Shown here: positions 26,406 through 39,223 of the stretch, in pieces | Layout: each line of letters opens with the position of its first letter | Numbering within the stretch: the first letter of the stretch is position 1 | Origin: Antedon mediterranea | Lineage: Eukaryota > Animalia > Echinodermata | Length of the DNA stretch: 64,000 bases | Assembly: GCF_964355755.1 (NCBI RefSeq) | Contig: NC_092673.1 | Coordinates: 16,402,948-16,466,947 of the forward strand | Direction: 5' to 3' | Made by a program: the position numbers and the translations under genes | Notes under the pieces: generated by a model | Told to the model about the DNA's origin: nothing | Database searches by the model: none | Seen by the model: only the letters and a program-made list of their open reading frames with translations

Positions 26406-27321
26406 ACATTTTATAAAACATATTTAATAACAAACTATGGGTACATTCACTTCTACAGAAAATTATTAAATTAGTTCACAAAGAAAGACCGAACCACAAC
26501 AACAAACATCTACCCAGCGTTACTCAGCATGGTCTATTCTTTGCTGCGTAATAGTCTATGCCCGGTAAATTAAGTAATTTATTTATGATATAAATGTTAC
26601 ATTTGATTAATATTTATTTTTTCTACTAGAAACAAGCTAAATAGATATTATTAAACTATCCTTCGTGAAAACAAGTCAACAAAAATCTATCTGCTATGCC
26701 AGGGCTAGGTAGTGCCATTGTTAACCCACTCACTATAGTTCATCCTCATTATCACTTTGGTAATAGCAGTGTACAATGACAGAGTATTGACATATTTCAT
26801 TTTATTATCACTCTGTGTAAATATAACCAAAATGGTAATAGTACAGAGAGTTATAAACTGCTGTGTGTTCTATTTATTATCTTTGTTTAACATTAGAATA
26901 CAATGTTAATATTAAATCTATGGTAAAGATTATCTGATAACAAATTGTATAACAGGAACTCCATAATCAAAACAAACAAATCATTAATAACAATTTCTAC
27001 CCTGGTTTTCTGTATAAGTGTTATAATGAACTTGTTATCAATATCATATAAACTGTCTGACCAGAGCAATATGTACAAAAATATATTTAGATTATAAAGA
27101 TAATAAATGTTTGCTAAAGTATTCTGACTGTACTGTATATAGACCCTGAACCAGACTAGATCAAATGTGGGATCAAATGTGAGAACAAATTACCTACAGT
27201 CTTTAATATGACTGTATATAGACCCTGAACCAGACCAGATCAAATGTGAGATAACAAATTACCTATCAGAGGTCCCTGTAGCCCATTCAAATAAGACCAA
27301 TTTTGACAAATATACAGTAGT

Positions 27322-27470
27322 CAGGGCCGTACACAGGATTTTATTTGAGTGGATGCGGATTAATATATTTTGGACCGTTTTCATAATATTGAGTGAAGAC
27401 GATAAGACCCTATAAAATGTTGACCTTTTGCAATTTGGGGGGACCGCACCCCCACCTGTGTACGACCCTA
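27322..27470. mobile_element. CAGGG-terminal hAT-like MITE (paralog at 55161-55328)
   Basis: CAGGGCCGTAC...GTACGACCCT termini. Confidence 0.65.
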
Positions 27471-28063
27471 ATGATATTATCATTATCAACTGTATGTTGT
27501 ATAATGATATAATATTTGAGATTGAGTGCATGTTTTAAACGCTTTATGTAACGTCCACCAACCACATGAACTTGCTCTATTACTACATCATTGACATTGT
27601 CGCCCGTTATGAAATGTCTGGATTCAACATTACTAGGTCTAGCCCCGGGGCTGAGTCACATAATCAGCGCACACATCCACGCAGCCTGGCTCCGCCGATA
27701 GGCATTCTCTACAGACTCGATATTTAAAAAAAATCCAAAGTCCTTATACAATGACGTCACACACGTACCAGTACCCCATTGGCTGATTATGACGTAATGC
27801 AATTTTACAGTACCTTTAGCAAAGAGAAGTTAGGATACGGTACCATAATCTTTAGCCACGGCGTAGGTTTATATACCTCAATGATCTAAATAATATCCCT
27901 CCTAGTCATAGTCCCGGGCATGGACTAATTAGATGCTGATTTAGGGTCGGTTAATGTTCTTTGAAAACCGCACATTATCAGCGGTAACATGTAACAACTT
28001 TTTTATTGACAAAAAAAAATTGGAAATTAAATGTTTATTTCATAATAGATGCATTAAAAGTAG

Positions 28064-29034
28064 TAGTCTGGGCTCCAGACGGAGTTTTTTCTTAATATTA
28101 GTAAAAATATAAATATTTTTGCACATATGGCGTTTCATACGTGTATTACTTGAGTTTGGATACTCCGTCTGGGGAAACACGCAAAAGTCACGTGGTTTGA
28201 CACCAAGAATTCTTGGTGCATAGATTATCCGGTTGACTAGTTTCAGCTGCATGCGATTGGCTACTCACTCGTACACTGTTTTAATATTCATGTTTCAGAA
28301 TTTCAAAGACTCAACAACTAAGAAGGTACGCATGTTACGTTTAGACAATGTGTACTTGGGTACATTAATGAAAGTTTCTGAAGGCTAGAAATGATTTTAT
28401 ACCGTATGCCTAGTAGTAGTCTGGTAAACATTTGATGGGATTTTTCCCAAGAAAACTTGTCTTGCTTCTCCGCAAATCAAACATTGAATGGATCATTATT
28501 ACGCGGAGATAATTTGATTTAATTCCCACCCAGACCCTGTCCTGTTCTGTGTAGTGGTGTACAACTCCCTGGACTGGTGTAGCCCTGTCTGTTGTGTGTG
28601 AATCCTGTTGTGTGCCGGTGGTGGTATGTAGGCCTACCTTATTGGTGTTTTATTTGGCAGGTCATACGTGCGAGTTGAGTAGGACCTACGAAGGAGGCCT
28701 AGGCTAAGGACTAAACAATTAATAAACAAAACAACTTGGCAACACGATTTCATATTTCAACAGTCTCGATCGTACATTCAGCACTGTACGTACTCGATCT
28801 TTTTCATTTTGAAACAAAATGATCATTGGTTGATTCGAAATCCATATTTACATACCGCCCGCCCCATAAAGCCAAATACGGTATGATAACCTACGTCATT
28901 CTTATTGGATGTTTGCGGTCTGCAAATCGATTTCTATACGTGTTTCACAAGTCTGTATTTTCAGACAAAAATCGCGGTCGAAATAAAAACAAATAAATAA
29001 AAATAAAAAACAATACAGACTTGGGGCAAGTCTA
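28064..29034. mobile_element. Non-autonomous AcademH-like element
   Basis: TAG...CTA termini with a hairpin at each end. 9-bp TSD TAAAAGTAG (28055-28063, 29035-29043); empty site at ~25155. Confidence 0.75.
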
Positions 29035-29773
29035 TAAAAGTAGATGCATTCCACTGAATTTTTAACCCTCTATTATAGTTGCTCTTTTGGCGCTCCATAG
29101 AAATGAAAATATTGAACTTCGTGTATGCGAAATTCGTGAACGGTGTGCGAGAAACAAGTCTGTAAAATCATTAAAAAAAAGAAAGAAAAAAAAAGATTTA
29201 TTTGTTACTTTTTATGTGATTCTTCTTCATAAAAGTACTTATGAGGCCCAATTCTAAGGTGTGGTATTCACAATAAGTTACTTAATAAATTTTGAGTCGA
29301 AAGCAAGTCGAAATAAAACAGGTGCGAAACGGAACTAGCGCCTAACCTTCTATCTAGGCCTACTAATCTAGACTAACTAATCTAGACTAGACTAGTTAGG
29401 GGTGCAATAGACGGTTGATCAGGACCACAGACGATCATGCCCAGGGGAGCCCAATAATGTTGTAAGACGATTGATTGGGACAAGAGACGATCGGGCACAA
29501 AATAAAAATATATGGTCTAAATGACTCTCACAACTCAAATCAATAAACAATTTTTGTGCTACCGAAGCCATCTTGCAGAGATGACAAACAGTCGTGACCA
29601 GCTGAACGTAAAAACGGAGAATATATATATCACAAGAATGAGTAATCTGCGATTTTTGCATTAGAAATTTGTAACAGAGCATAGATGCCCGCCCTCATGA
29701 GGGCGGATATATACAGACTAAAGAAGACTTGATTTGACAGATATTATGTCATATTAAATAGAATTATGATAAT

Positions 29774-31042
29774 ACTAGATGGCACACTCGCTTCGCTCGC
29801 GTACCATCTAGGTCGTGCCCACAGATGGTTCTCGAATACACAGTATTTTCTAGCGAGAAAAAAATGGAGATTTCAAATGTACGTACTGCAGGACTATAAT
29901 ACATGTCGTTTACAGAAACGAATAAATATACACGATGATTTTTGTAGTCAGCTAAAATTAGCACCCTGGGAATTACTTCCGAGAGAGAAACAAAATGCTT
30001 CAAATTTTTTTATTTGGACTCATTTAAACAAACCCAATTTGTGTTTTGTATGTAACATTAAGGGTTGAGGGATGGGGAAGAAGATAGGTACAAAGAGGAA
30101 ACATTTTAACGAAATATTGTTTTTAATGTTTTATAGGCCTATAAATAATATACCACTAAATACAGTAAAACATTTACGATTTAATACTTTGGTTAAACTC
30201 TCACTGTCATAGTCGATTGAAATAGTAAAGTACATGTAACGATACACCACTACGTACGTTTATATATTTTTAAATTATTAATTAATACAAACGTTGAGAA
30301 GCAACTGTCAGTAATAACGTTTATTTATTTGTATATTATATGTTTATAATCTAACAGTAGGGCCTACCCACACTCACAGTAATAAAGTTTATTTGTATAT
30401 TTGTTTATATTATATCTAACAGTACCAACACTCACAGTAAGAAATTTGCGATTCAAATTGCGATCAAAAGTGGTTAATACCTTAACAGTATTGTACAGCA
30501 TTGCAATACTATTTATGTTTATTCTCCAAGGGGGCCCATAAATCTAAATCTATACCTCTATGGTTAAACCAAATAATTTGGAATGTTCCATTCATCACAA
30601 ATCAATACATTTGTAAAAACGTATATTACATGTATCAAAATAGCATTTTTTAAAGAAAATCGGCCTGTCTTCAACATTATGATGCTGTACTCGAACTGTT
30701 CAACCGGTTTTCAGCTATTAAAAACAATTATCGTAGGAGGAGATAGGAAAATGCGAAGTGTCCTCGTATTATTGTGTGCGGGTATTTTTCAAATTGACAT
30801 CCATTAGACAGTGTATACCATGATTGGAAAACACCCCTATTTGGGGCAAATCGTTGAACCTAAATTCGTTTTAATCGTCAATAACTAATTATCGAACTCA
30901 ATTTAATTAGTAAACAGGGTTACATCAGGTGGTTAAAATTAGTACCGAAAGTACGAACCAACTTTATATACCATCGAGTAAACATTCTAGAAATAACGCA
31001 CGATTTACCGATTTTTGCCTTTACGTAAATTTATATATAGAT
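29774..31042. mobile_element. Non-autonomous Helitron-like insertion
   Basis: Absent from paralog A. Ends ACTAGATGGCAC..CGCTTCGCTCGCG and ..TTTATATATAGAT; no TIR. Confidence 0.55.
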
Positions 31043-31524
31043 TAATATATATAAATTTTATTTCTATTGCTACATTGTCATTGTATTTTGTGAGGGTTCC
31101 TAGTGATCAGCTTCGGCTGGATGGACCACCCTCATAAAATATTGTTGAAATAAAAATAAATAAATAAAACATTTTATAAAACATATTTAATAACAAACTA
31201 GTGTACATTCACTTCTACAGAAAATTATTAAATTAGTTCACAAAGAAAGACCAAATCACAACAACAAACATCAACCTAGCGTTACTCAGCATGGTCTATT
31301 CTTTGCCGCATAATAATCTACGCCCGGTAAATTAAGTAATGTTTTTAAGATATAAATATTACATTTAATTAATATTTATTTTTTCTACACATAGATATAT
31401 TATTAAACTATCCTTCGTGAAAACATGTCAACAACAACGTGCTTTTTATTCGGCAGTTTGTACTAAATAAATTGCATAAAACAAACAATTAAATATCCAA
31501 ATAGCATTTAATATGATGTTAGCT

Positions 31525-32020
31525 GATAACATTGTATAACAGGAACTCAATAATCAAAACAAACAAATCATTAATAACAATGTTAATATTAAATCTATGG
31601 TAAAGATTATCTATAACAAATTATATAACAGGAACTCAATAACCAAAACAAATTAATCATTTAATAACAATGTTAATATTAAATCTATGGTAAAGATTAT
31701 CTATAACAAATTATATAACAGGAACTCAATAACCAAAACAAATTAATCATTAATAACAATGTTAATATTAAATCTATGGTAAAGATTATCTATAAACAAT
31801 TGTATAACAGGAACTCAATAACCAAAACAAATTAATCATTAATAACAATGTTAATATTAAATCTATGGTAAAGATTATCTATAAACAATTGTATAACAGG
31901 AACTCAATAACCAAAACAAATTAATCATTAATAACAATGTTAATATTAAATCTATGGTAAAGATTATCTATAAACAATTGTATAACAGGAACTCAATAAA
32001 CAAAACAAACAAATTATTAA
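31525..32020 (+). repeat. AT-rich tandem repeat, 89-90-bp unit, ~5.5 copies (continues 35204-35297)
   Basis: Units start near 31571, 31661, 31750, 31840 and 31929; a single ancestral monomer lies at 26900-26990. Confidence 0.9.
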
Positions 32021-35000
32021 TAGTAGAGCAGTTAATGACATGAGCTGTGCATTTTATTACCAAAGCATGAAACTTGGCACAAAGTTTCTTTAATGTATTT
32101 AGATTCAAAATATCGGGGGGTGCCAAGCGTCCAACGTCCGGTATGGCGGCCATCTTGATTTCAAAATGGCCACCATAAAAACAAAAAATGTTCATATCTT
32201 GGCAACTATACACATTAGAGACTTAATTATGGTCTCAAATTGTTCACAAACTATTCCTATTTGCTCTAATGAAGATTTTCGTCCAAAAATGACCGGAAAT
32301 GACGTTTCTTTCAGTTTGACCTTTGACCTTGTATTTGTATATCTCTGTAACTACTGGTCATTTTCAATCGATTTTGGTGTCATTTTGTTCAGAATAAATA
32401 TATTTATATTTGTAGTAATGAAACATTTTCACATAAAATGACCGGAAATACAATTTATGACCTTTGACATTTATTTATTGATTTTTAATTAGGTGAATAT
32501 ACTGTATGTGGTTTTTGTTGGTCTTTGAACTTTGACCTGATAGGCGTAATTATATTAAATGATTAATGGACTTAAATTGTATATAGTACATAAAATTGGT
32601 AAACATTGTGCTTGGTGGTACCATTAGTTCAATGATGTTGGCACCTTCTGATTCGCTAAAAGTTTTAATAGTTTGACAGAGGAAATAACATACATGTTAT
32701 GGAATACCGTAAAACCTCGAAAAGGTGATAGTATGAGCTTCTTTTCGAGATAGACTTTATTTGAATGTCAAATGAAAAGTATGATGATCGTGTTTATATC
32801 AATATATTATTAATGACCTTACAAAGAACCCTTTATATTTCAACAATCAAGCCTCAGTTATTCTACAATTTATTGTTTTCCAAGTGGTATTTTGATTGTA
32901 TCTTCTTTTTGTATGCTTCCTCGGTTAATATGGTCCTACTCCTCCTTCTTTGTCTGTATGGTCTTATACCCCATTCTTTGTCTGTGGATGGTCTTATACC
33001 CCATTCTTTGTCTGTGGATGGTCTTTTACCCCCTTCTTTGTCTGTGGATGGTCTTACACCCCCTTCTGTGCGTGTTGATGGTATTACACCCCTTTCTTTG
33101 TGTGTGGATGGTCTTACACCCCTTTCTTTGCATGTAGATGGTCTTCCACCCCTTCTTTGTCTGTGGATGGTCCTACACTTCCTTCTTTGTCTGTGGATGG
33201 TCCTACACCCCCTTCTTTGTCTGTGGATGGTCTTATACCCCCTTCTTTGTCTGTAAGTGGTCCTATACCCTTTCTTTGTCAGTGGATGGTCTTACACCCC
33301 CTTCTTTGTCTGTGGATGGTCCTACACCCCCTTCTTTGTCTGTGGAGGGTCCTACGCCCCCTTCTTTGTCTGTGGATGGTCTTACACCCCTTTCTTTGTC
33401 TGTGGACGGTATTATACCCCCTTCTGTGCCTGTTGATGGTATTACACCCTTAGCTTTGTCTGTTGATGGTATTACACCCTTTTCTTTGTCTGTTGATGGT
33501 ATTACACCCTTTTCTTTGTCTGTGGATGGTATTACACCTCTTTTTTTGTGTGTGGATGGTATTACACCCCTTTTTTGTGTGTGGATGGTCTTACACCTTT
33601 TTCTTTGTGTGTGGATGGTCTTACACCCCTTCTCTGTCTGTGGATGGTCTTACACCCCCTTCTTTCTCTGTCGATGGTCTTATACCCCTTCTTTGTCTGT
33701 GGATGGTCTTATACCCCCTTCTTTGTCTGTGGATGGTCCTACATCCCTTTCTTTGTCTGTGGATGGTCCTACACCCCCTTCTTTGTCTGTGGATGGTCCT
33801 ACACCACCTTCTTTGTCTGTGGATGGTCTTATACCCCCTTCTTTGTCTGTGGAGGGTCCTACGCCCCCTTCTTTGTCTGTAAGTGGTTCTATACCCCCTT
33901 CTTTGTCAGTGAATGGTCTTACACCCCCTTCTTTGTCTGTGGAGGGTTCTACGCCCCCTTCTTTGTCTGTGGATGGTCTTATACCCCCTTCTTTGTCTGT
34001 GGATGGTCTTATACCCCTTCTTTGTCTGTGGATGGTCTGGACCCACTACTTTGATTGATTAAATCAGACATTGTTTCTTGTATGATTAGGAGACCAAGAC
34101 CTTCAAAGTGAAAGTCCACAGGTGGATGCCTAAAAAGGTCTTGTACAGAACAGTATATTGTAGGTCCATGTCACTAATTTGAGGATTACTTGAATAATTA
34201 TATTGAGATGTCTTTTACGAATTGATTTGGTTCGGATTTTGCTAAAAAATCAATGACTAGAGAAAATCGAGGAAAAGGATTCAGATGGTTTACAGCAAAG
34301 GCTCATTACCATAAAAATTGAGTACATTTGTTTAGATGCAACGAAAATGACCAAGAATTATCTGAGTTTCTGACTAATGAAAGTAGGTCTACTGTAGTAA
34401 GTACTTTGAAAGACGGTGTTCTCTTAACTCATGAAAATGAGAACTTTCCGAACGAAAGAATGCTACTTTACATCAAAAATATTTCCAAATGGCATCTAAC
34501 AATTCAATTCAACTTTTATTTCAGACAATTGTCCATATGGTATAATACATTACAAAAAAAAAAGAAAAGATGAAGGAGAGAGGACCAAAACTTTTATATA
34601 ACGATTGACACATCACAGTTTAGCAAACAAGTCGGCATGAGCTCAGTGATTGCTGTTTCTCAGTGATCTGTCATACTTTACGCCTATCCTATCACATCAA
34701 AAGTCAAAAATTCAGAATAATAAATTCCTGGTCATTTTTGCATTAAGTGTCATTTATTTCGGTAAAACAAATTAGGTGCATTTATACCAATGTAAACCAC
34801 ATACAGTATGTTCACATAATTATATAGTCAAAGGTTATAAATTCGATTGAAAATGATCAGTAGTTACTGAGATATACAGATAAGAGGTCAAAGGTCAAAC
34901 TGGAAGAAACGTCATTTCCGGTCATTTTTTGCTCTTTTCATTAGAGCAAATAGAAATATGTGGTTTGTGAACAATTTAACACCAGAATCAAGTCTCTACT

Positions 35001-35203
35001 GTTTATAGTTGCCAAGATATGAACACTTTTTGTTTTTATGGTGGCCATTTTGAAATCAAGATGGCCGCCATACCGGACGTTGGACACTTGGCACCCCCCG
35101 ATATTTTGAATCTATATACATCAAAGAAACTTTGTGGCAAGTTTCATGCTTTGGTAATAAAGTGCACAACTTGGCTATTTTTATGGCCTTAACTGCTCTA
35201 CTA
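32021..35203. mobile_element. Non-autonomous Academ-type element
   Basis: TAGTAGAGCAGTTAA / TTAACTGCTCTACTA termini, several hundred bp of imperfect TIR, 3-bp TSD TAA. Confidence 0.85.
32930..34040 (+). repeat. 30-bp minisatellite (TGTGGATGGTCTTACACCCCCTTCTTTGTC), ~37 copies
   Basis: Seen directly; occasional 1-bp indels. Confidence 0.95.
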
Positions 35204-35343
35204 TAATAACAATGTTAATATTAAATCTATGGTTTAAGATTATCTATAACAAATTGTATAACAGGAACTCAATAACCAAAACAAACATTAATAACAATTT
35301 CTACCCTGGTTTTCTGTATAAATGTTAATGAACTTGTTATCAT

Positions 35344-36738
35344 CATGGGCGAAAACGTTTCCAGATTGGCGAAAAATAAAACGGCTACTTTAGCCATTTT
35401 GGCGAAGACATGATAAAATAGATAATCAAATAATCATTTTGGCGAAAGCATAAAGTTCAACTAAAAGGTCCATTTGTCGATCTTCTTCAAGCATTTATTT
35501 TGTTCGTTATAATGTTGTTTACTTCTAGCTCCATTTTCGTCAACTTGTTTTGTTGTACCAGGCGTCTCTTTGTTATTTCAATATGATGGAGGTATACTGC
35601 ACAGAGAGACAGACATTACACGACACATGGATGATGGAGTCTACCCAAACTATCACGTGTTGCGCTGCACAAACGATCGACGACAGCCGACGGTCGCTAT
35701 TTACCGGGATTGTCTATTTTTCGATAGGGGTGTACTTTTCAGATTTAAAAGAAACATAGTATCTTCAATGAATGATCTTATCGAAATCAATATTTATGCG
35801 TTATAAATTTTAGGCTCCAATAATGTAGTTTCATATTTTACCCTTAACAAAGTTTCCTCATGCGTGCAGTGCGTCAGTAGAGTAAACAAAACAACATTCG
35901 GAAAATGGTAGAGTCTAACGGAGATTTAGCTAAACACACACACACGTGCATTTATTGCGGATTATATAAACAGCAAGGCCGGCCGCCGGCTTCTGTGTTG
36001 TTGGGTATTAATTGGGCCGGGATGGTATAAATTCCTCCCCCGACAGAAACGCTTTTTCCCTGTGCTTTGGCCTATATTATCTGCACGTTCCAACAACGAT
36101 ACAAGTGTTTGTTTGCTAGATATATTTTTAGCATAAACGCACCGTCCATGCACCGTTGTACATAATTTTGTAGGCCTAGGCCAACTGCACTTTTGCATCT
36201 CTTGAGCATACCCAATTTAAACACATTCACCCGCTGCGCGGCGGTGACTGTGAAAGTCTTAGGACACGATTTTTGCGTGGTACGGAAGCCACAAGCCAAG
36301 CGTAAAAAACTAAAATAACATAGCGTTCAGGGGATTTCAGAAAACTGTAAAATGTTTTTTATTAAATTGATAACTGTATGAATGCTGTATGATTAAAAAC
36401 AATTTGAACAATTGTTTTGATCATATAAAATACAACAACAATTATGTTTTTAATCATATATACAGTGATTTAGGCATGGCTCTCTCTAATTCCCAACAAA
36501 TGCCTTACAAAAACGTTCAGGGAACAGTGTATAGACCTATTGACATAGATAAATTAACTAAAATGTTTTTACCATTATATTTCAACAATTTTTGATTTTG
36601 GCTAATGACCGATTCATTTGGCTAAATAAAAAAATTGGACTTTAGCCATTTTGGCTATAGATAAACTGATTTGACTAAAAAAAATATTTTGACTTTCGCC
36701 AAATGGCTAAACAAAATGAAATGTTAGTGCTACCCCAG
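35344..36738. mobile_element. Non-autonomous DNA element with 5-bp TSD (hAT5-like)
   Basis: Absent from the paralog at ~27040. TSD ATCAT, CATGGG..CCCCAG ends, subterminal TGGCGAA/TGGCTAA motif clusters. Confidence 0.65.
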
Positions 36739-36821
36739 ATCATATAAACTGTCCGACCAGAGCAATATGTACAAAAAATATATTTAGATTATAAAGATAT
36801 TAAATGTTTGCTGAAGTATTC

Positions 36822-37140
36822 TGACTGTATATAGACCCTGTACCAGACCAGATCAAATGTGAGATAACAAATTACCTACAGTCTTTAATATGACTGTGTG
36901 TAGCCCCTGAACCAGACCAGATCAAATGTGAGATAACAAATTACCTCAGTCTTTAATATGACTGTGTGTAGCCCCTGAACCAAACACCAAATTAAATGTG
37001 AGATAACAAATTACCTACAGTCTTTAATATGACTGTATGTAGCCCCTTGAACCAGACCAGATCAAATGTGAGATAACAAATTACCTCAGTCTTTAATATG
37101 ACTGTGTGTAGCCCCTGAACCGGACCAGATCAAGTGTGAT
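36822..37140 (+). repeat. ~69-bp tandem repeat, 5 copies
   Basis: TGACTGTGTGTAGCCCCTGAACCAGACCAGATCAAATGTGAGATAACAAATTACCT units. Confidence 0.9.
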
Positions 37141-38277
37141 CAGAGGTCCCTGTAGCCCAAAAGAAGATAACATAAAATTTAAAATAAGACCAATTTTAAC
37201 AAATATAGTGGCCCACAAAAACCAAAGAAGAGAGCTCATCAACCAGATCTAACATGGGATACCACATAAGACAAAATTAAGGTATTGTGAATACCTGTTT
37301 TAACGCCTACTTAGTGTGTGAGGACTTGTATCAGAATGGATGATACAATTGCAGCAAATGCATAAAATGTCATTCAAACCAATTAGTTAATGATATGACT
37401 GGAAACCAAATTAATGATATGACTGGGAACCTACTTAAACAAATTAATTTGAAAAAATAAAAGTTACAGAGTTATTTGGCTAAAAAATATAATTGTTTAT
37501 AAACTAGAAATCTAGCTAGTCAACAGCAAAGTAAAAGATTAGGTCTGTTTTAGAATACAGTGTGTGGTATTATGTTTGGACACCAAATTTGTATGGGAAA
37601 TCTTTATAGCCTAAATAATTTTGGGGAATTAGAAGGTGATGATCCATGCAAACTGCAGAAGTTTAGAAGAAAATAAAGTGCAAAGGCTTTGCCACTATGG
37701 CTACGTTGAGAAACACCCTCATGACATTACCACTATGGCTACGTCGAAAAAAACTCTCATGACATTTTCTTTTATGCCGCAAGAGGCCAGACGGAAAAAT
37801 ACAATAGACACCAACTTGGATGGAAATTGTCATATTTATTTAAATGACGAAACACATAATAGCATATATAATAATAGAGTTGTAATAATGGGGCAGCCCA
37901 TAACTAATTTAGTTCCATCTAAGACGTATACATAATGTATGGGCTGCCCTATCAAGTGTACCGTATATGTACGGACAATAACTACTACTAACTAAACACC
38001 TTGGTTATTACATAAAATCACATAAATATATATTGAATGTTAAATATAATATGCATGGTTATCAAGAATCCAAAGATTAACTTGACTTACTAAACTAAAA
38101 CTAATTAAAATACAAGTTTGCTGGGTGAACATGCCACAAACCCGACAAACAAAGAGGGTTACCACCCAGACAAACAAACATAAAAAATATCTGAAGCTAA
38201 GCTTGACAGATAGGACCAACAGAAACAAACTTGTCTCGTGAGGCCAAGCTCGAACAATCCGAAACACGAAAGCGTTT

Positions 38278-39208
38278 CTATATGGAAAATGATTGGATTC
38301 TTATGTAATTTTGTACGGCCTTAGAATTCCATCGCCCAAATTGTTGTATAGTGTTCTCCGCTAAACCCAGGGAAGCAGCATGAGTTGCGGTGCCGATACG
38401 AAAACTATGACCTTTATATAATGTAGGGTCAAGACCAATGAAACAAATCGCCTCTTTTAGTTTTGCGTATATGAACCGAGCCGCAATCGGCCGACCGTCC
38501 ATATGTTGGAACAAAGGACCAGAGGTATGCCGAAAATGTTTGGTGTAATCTTGTAAACATTTTACTGGACAGAACCGAGCGCCCGTAGCACTATTGAATG
38601 AAATGTGGATAGGGGGCTTACCTACGCCGGTTTTGTGATGGTATATAGATAAGGACGCTGAATTACCAGAAAGACATAGCTTACTGCGTTGCACGACCTT
38701 CTTATCCGCGTCCCCTTTTCCTACGGCCAATTCACCAATCCGGAAGAACCCTTGGAACGCGGTAAGGAAAAAGGCCCTGAAAAGTAATCTATAAGAAAAA
38801 CTGGGTTCGATCGACTCTAGACACGCTAACAATTTAGTCAAAATTTCTGCAGTGATAGGCAAGCGTACCGTATCCGGACGATCCGAAGCATAATGCACGC
38901 CACGAAAAATTTTAACAACCAAAAACGAATTACAAGGATCGGGTAATTCTGCTAGTTTGTGTATAAAAGAGACGGACGAAATGATAGACGAAATTGTTCT
39001 AGGTGCATATTGTAGACATGTAAATGTGCCACAAATTTGCATACCGTAGCCGGGTTTACAGGGAGCTGAACGGGTTTTCCCAACCATGATGCCAACTTTT
39101 GAATATTGCGTTGATACGCCTTAACCGTGGCTGGCGCCAATGACGAGTGAATGAGTGTTGTAGCTTCACAGCTAAGGGGTACCATGTTGTTTGCAGAACA
39201 CACAACAC
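38278..39208 (-). CDS. Tyrosine recombinase, with one frameshift near 39020
   Basis: SSLAPATVKAY N-terminus, FFRIGEL (catalytic R), HHKT, GHSFRIGTAT, GRWNS..NYIR. The two ORFs join by a 1-nt indel at AHLH/LQYAP. Confidence 0.9.
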
Positions 39209-39223
39209 CTGTATAGGAATGAA

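Larger units (their letters stand above)
24980..27470 (+). repeat. Segmental duplication, copy A
   Basis: Colinear with 27870-37210 once insertions are removed; 27085-27470 also matches 55012-55330. Confidence 0.8.

Noticed and set aside
32765-34058. PPSLSVDGLT-repeat ORFs up to 306 aa
   Set aside because: Translations of a 30-bp minisatellite, open in several frames, broken by indels and inside a non-autonomous transposon.
38230-38277. Hammerhead-ribozyme-like GAG...GAAAC near the YR stop
   Set aside because: No CTGANGA core on either strand.
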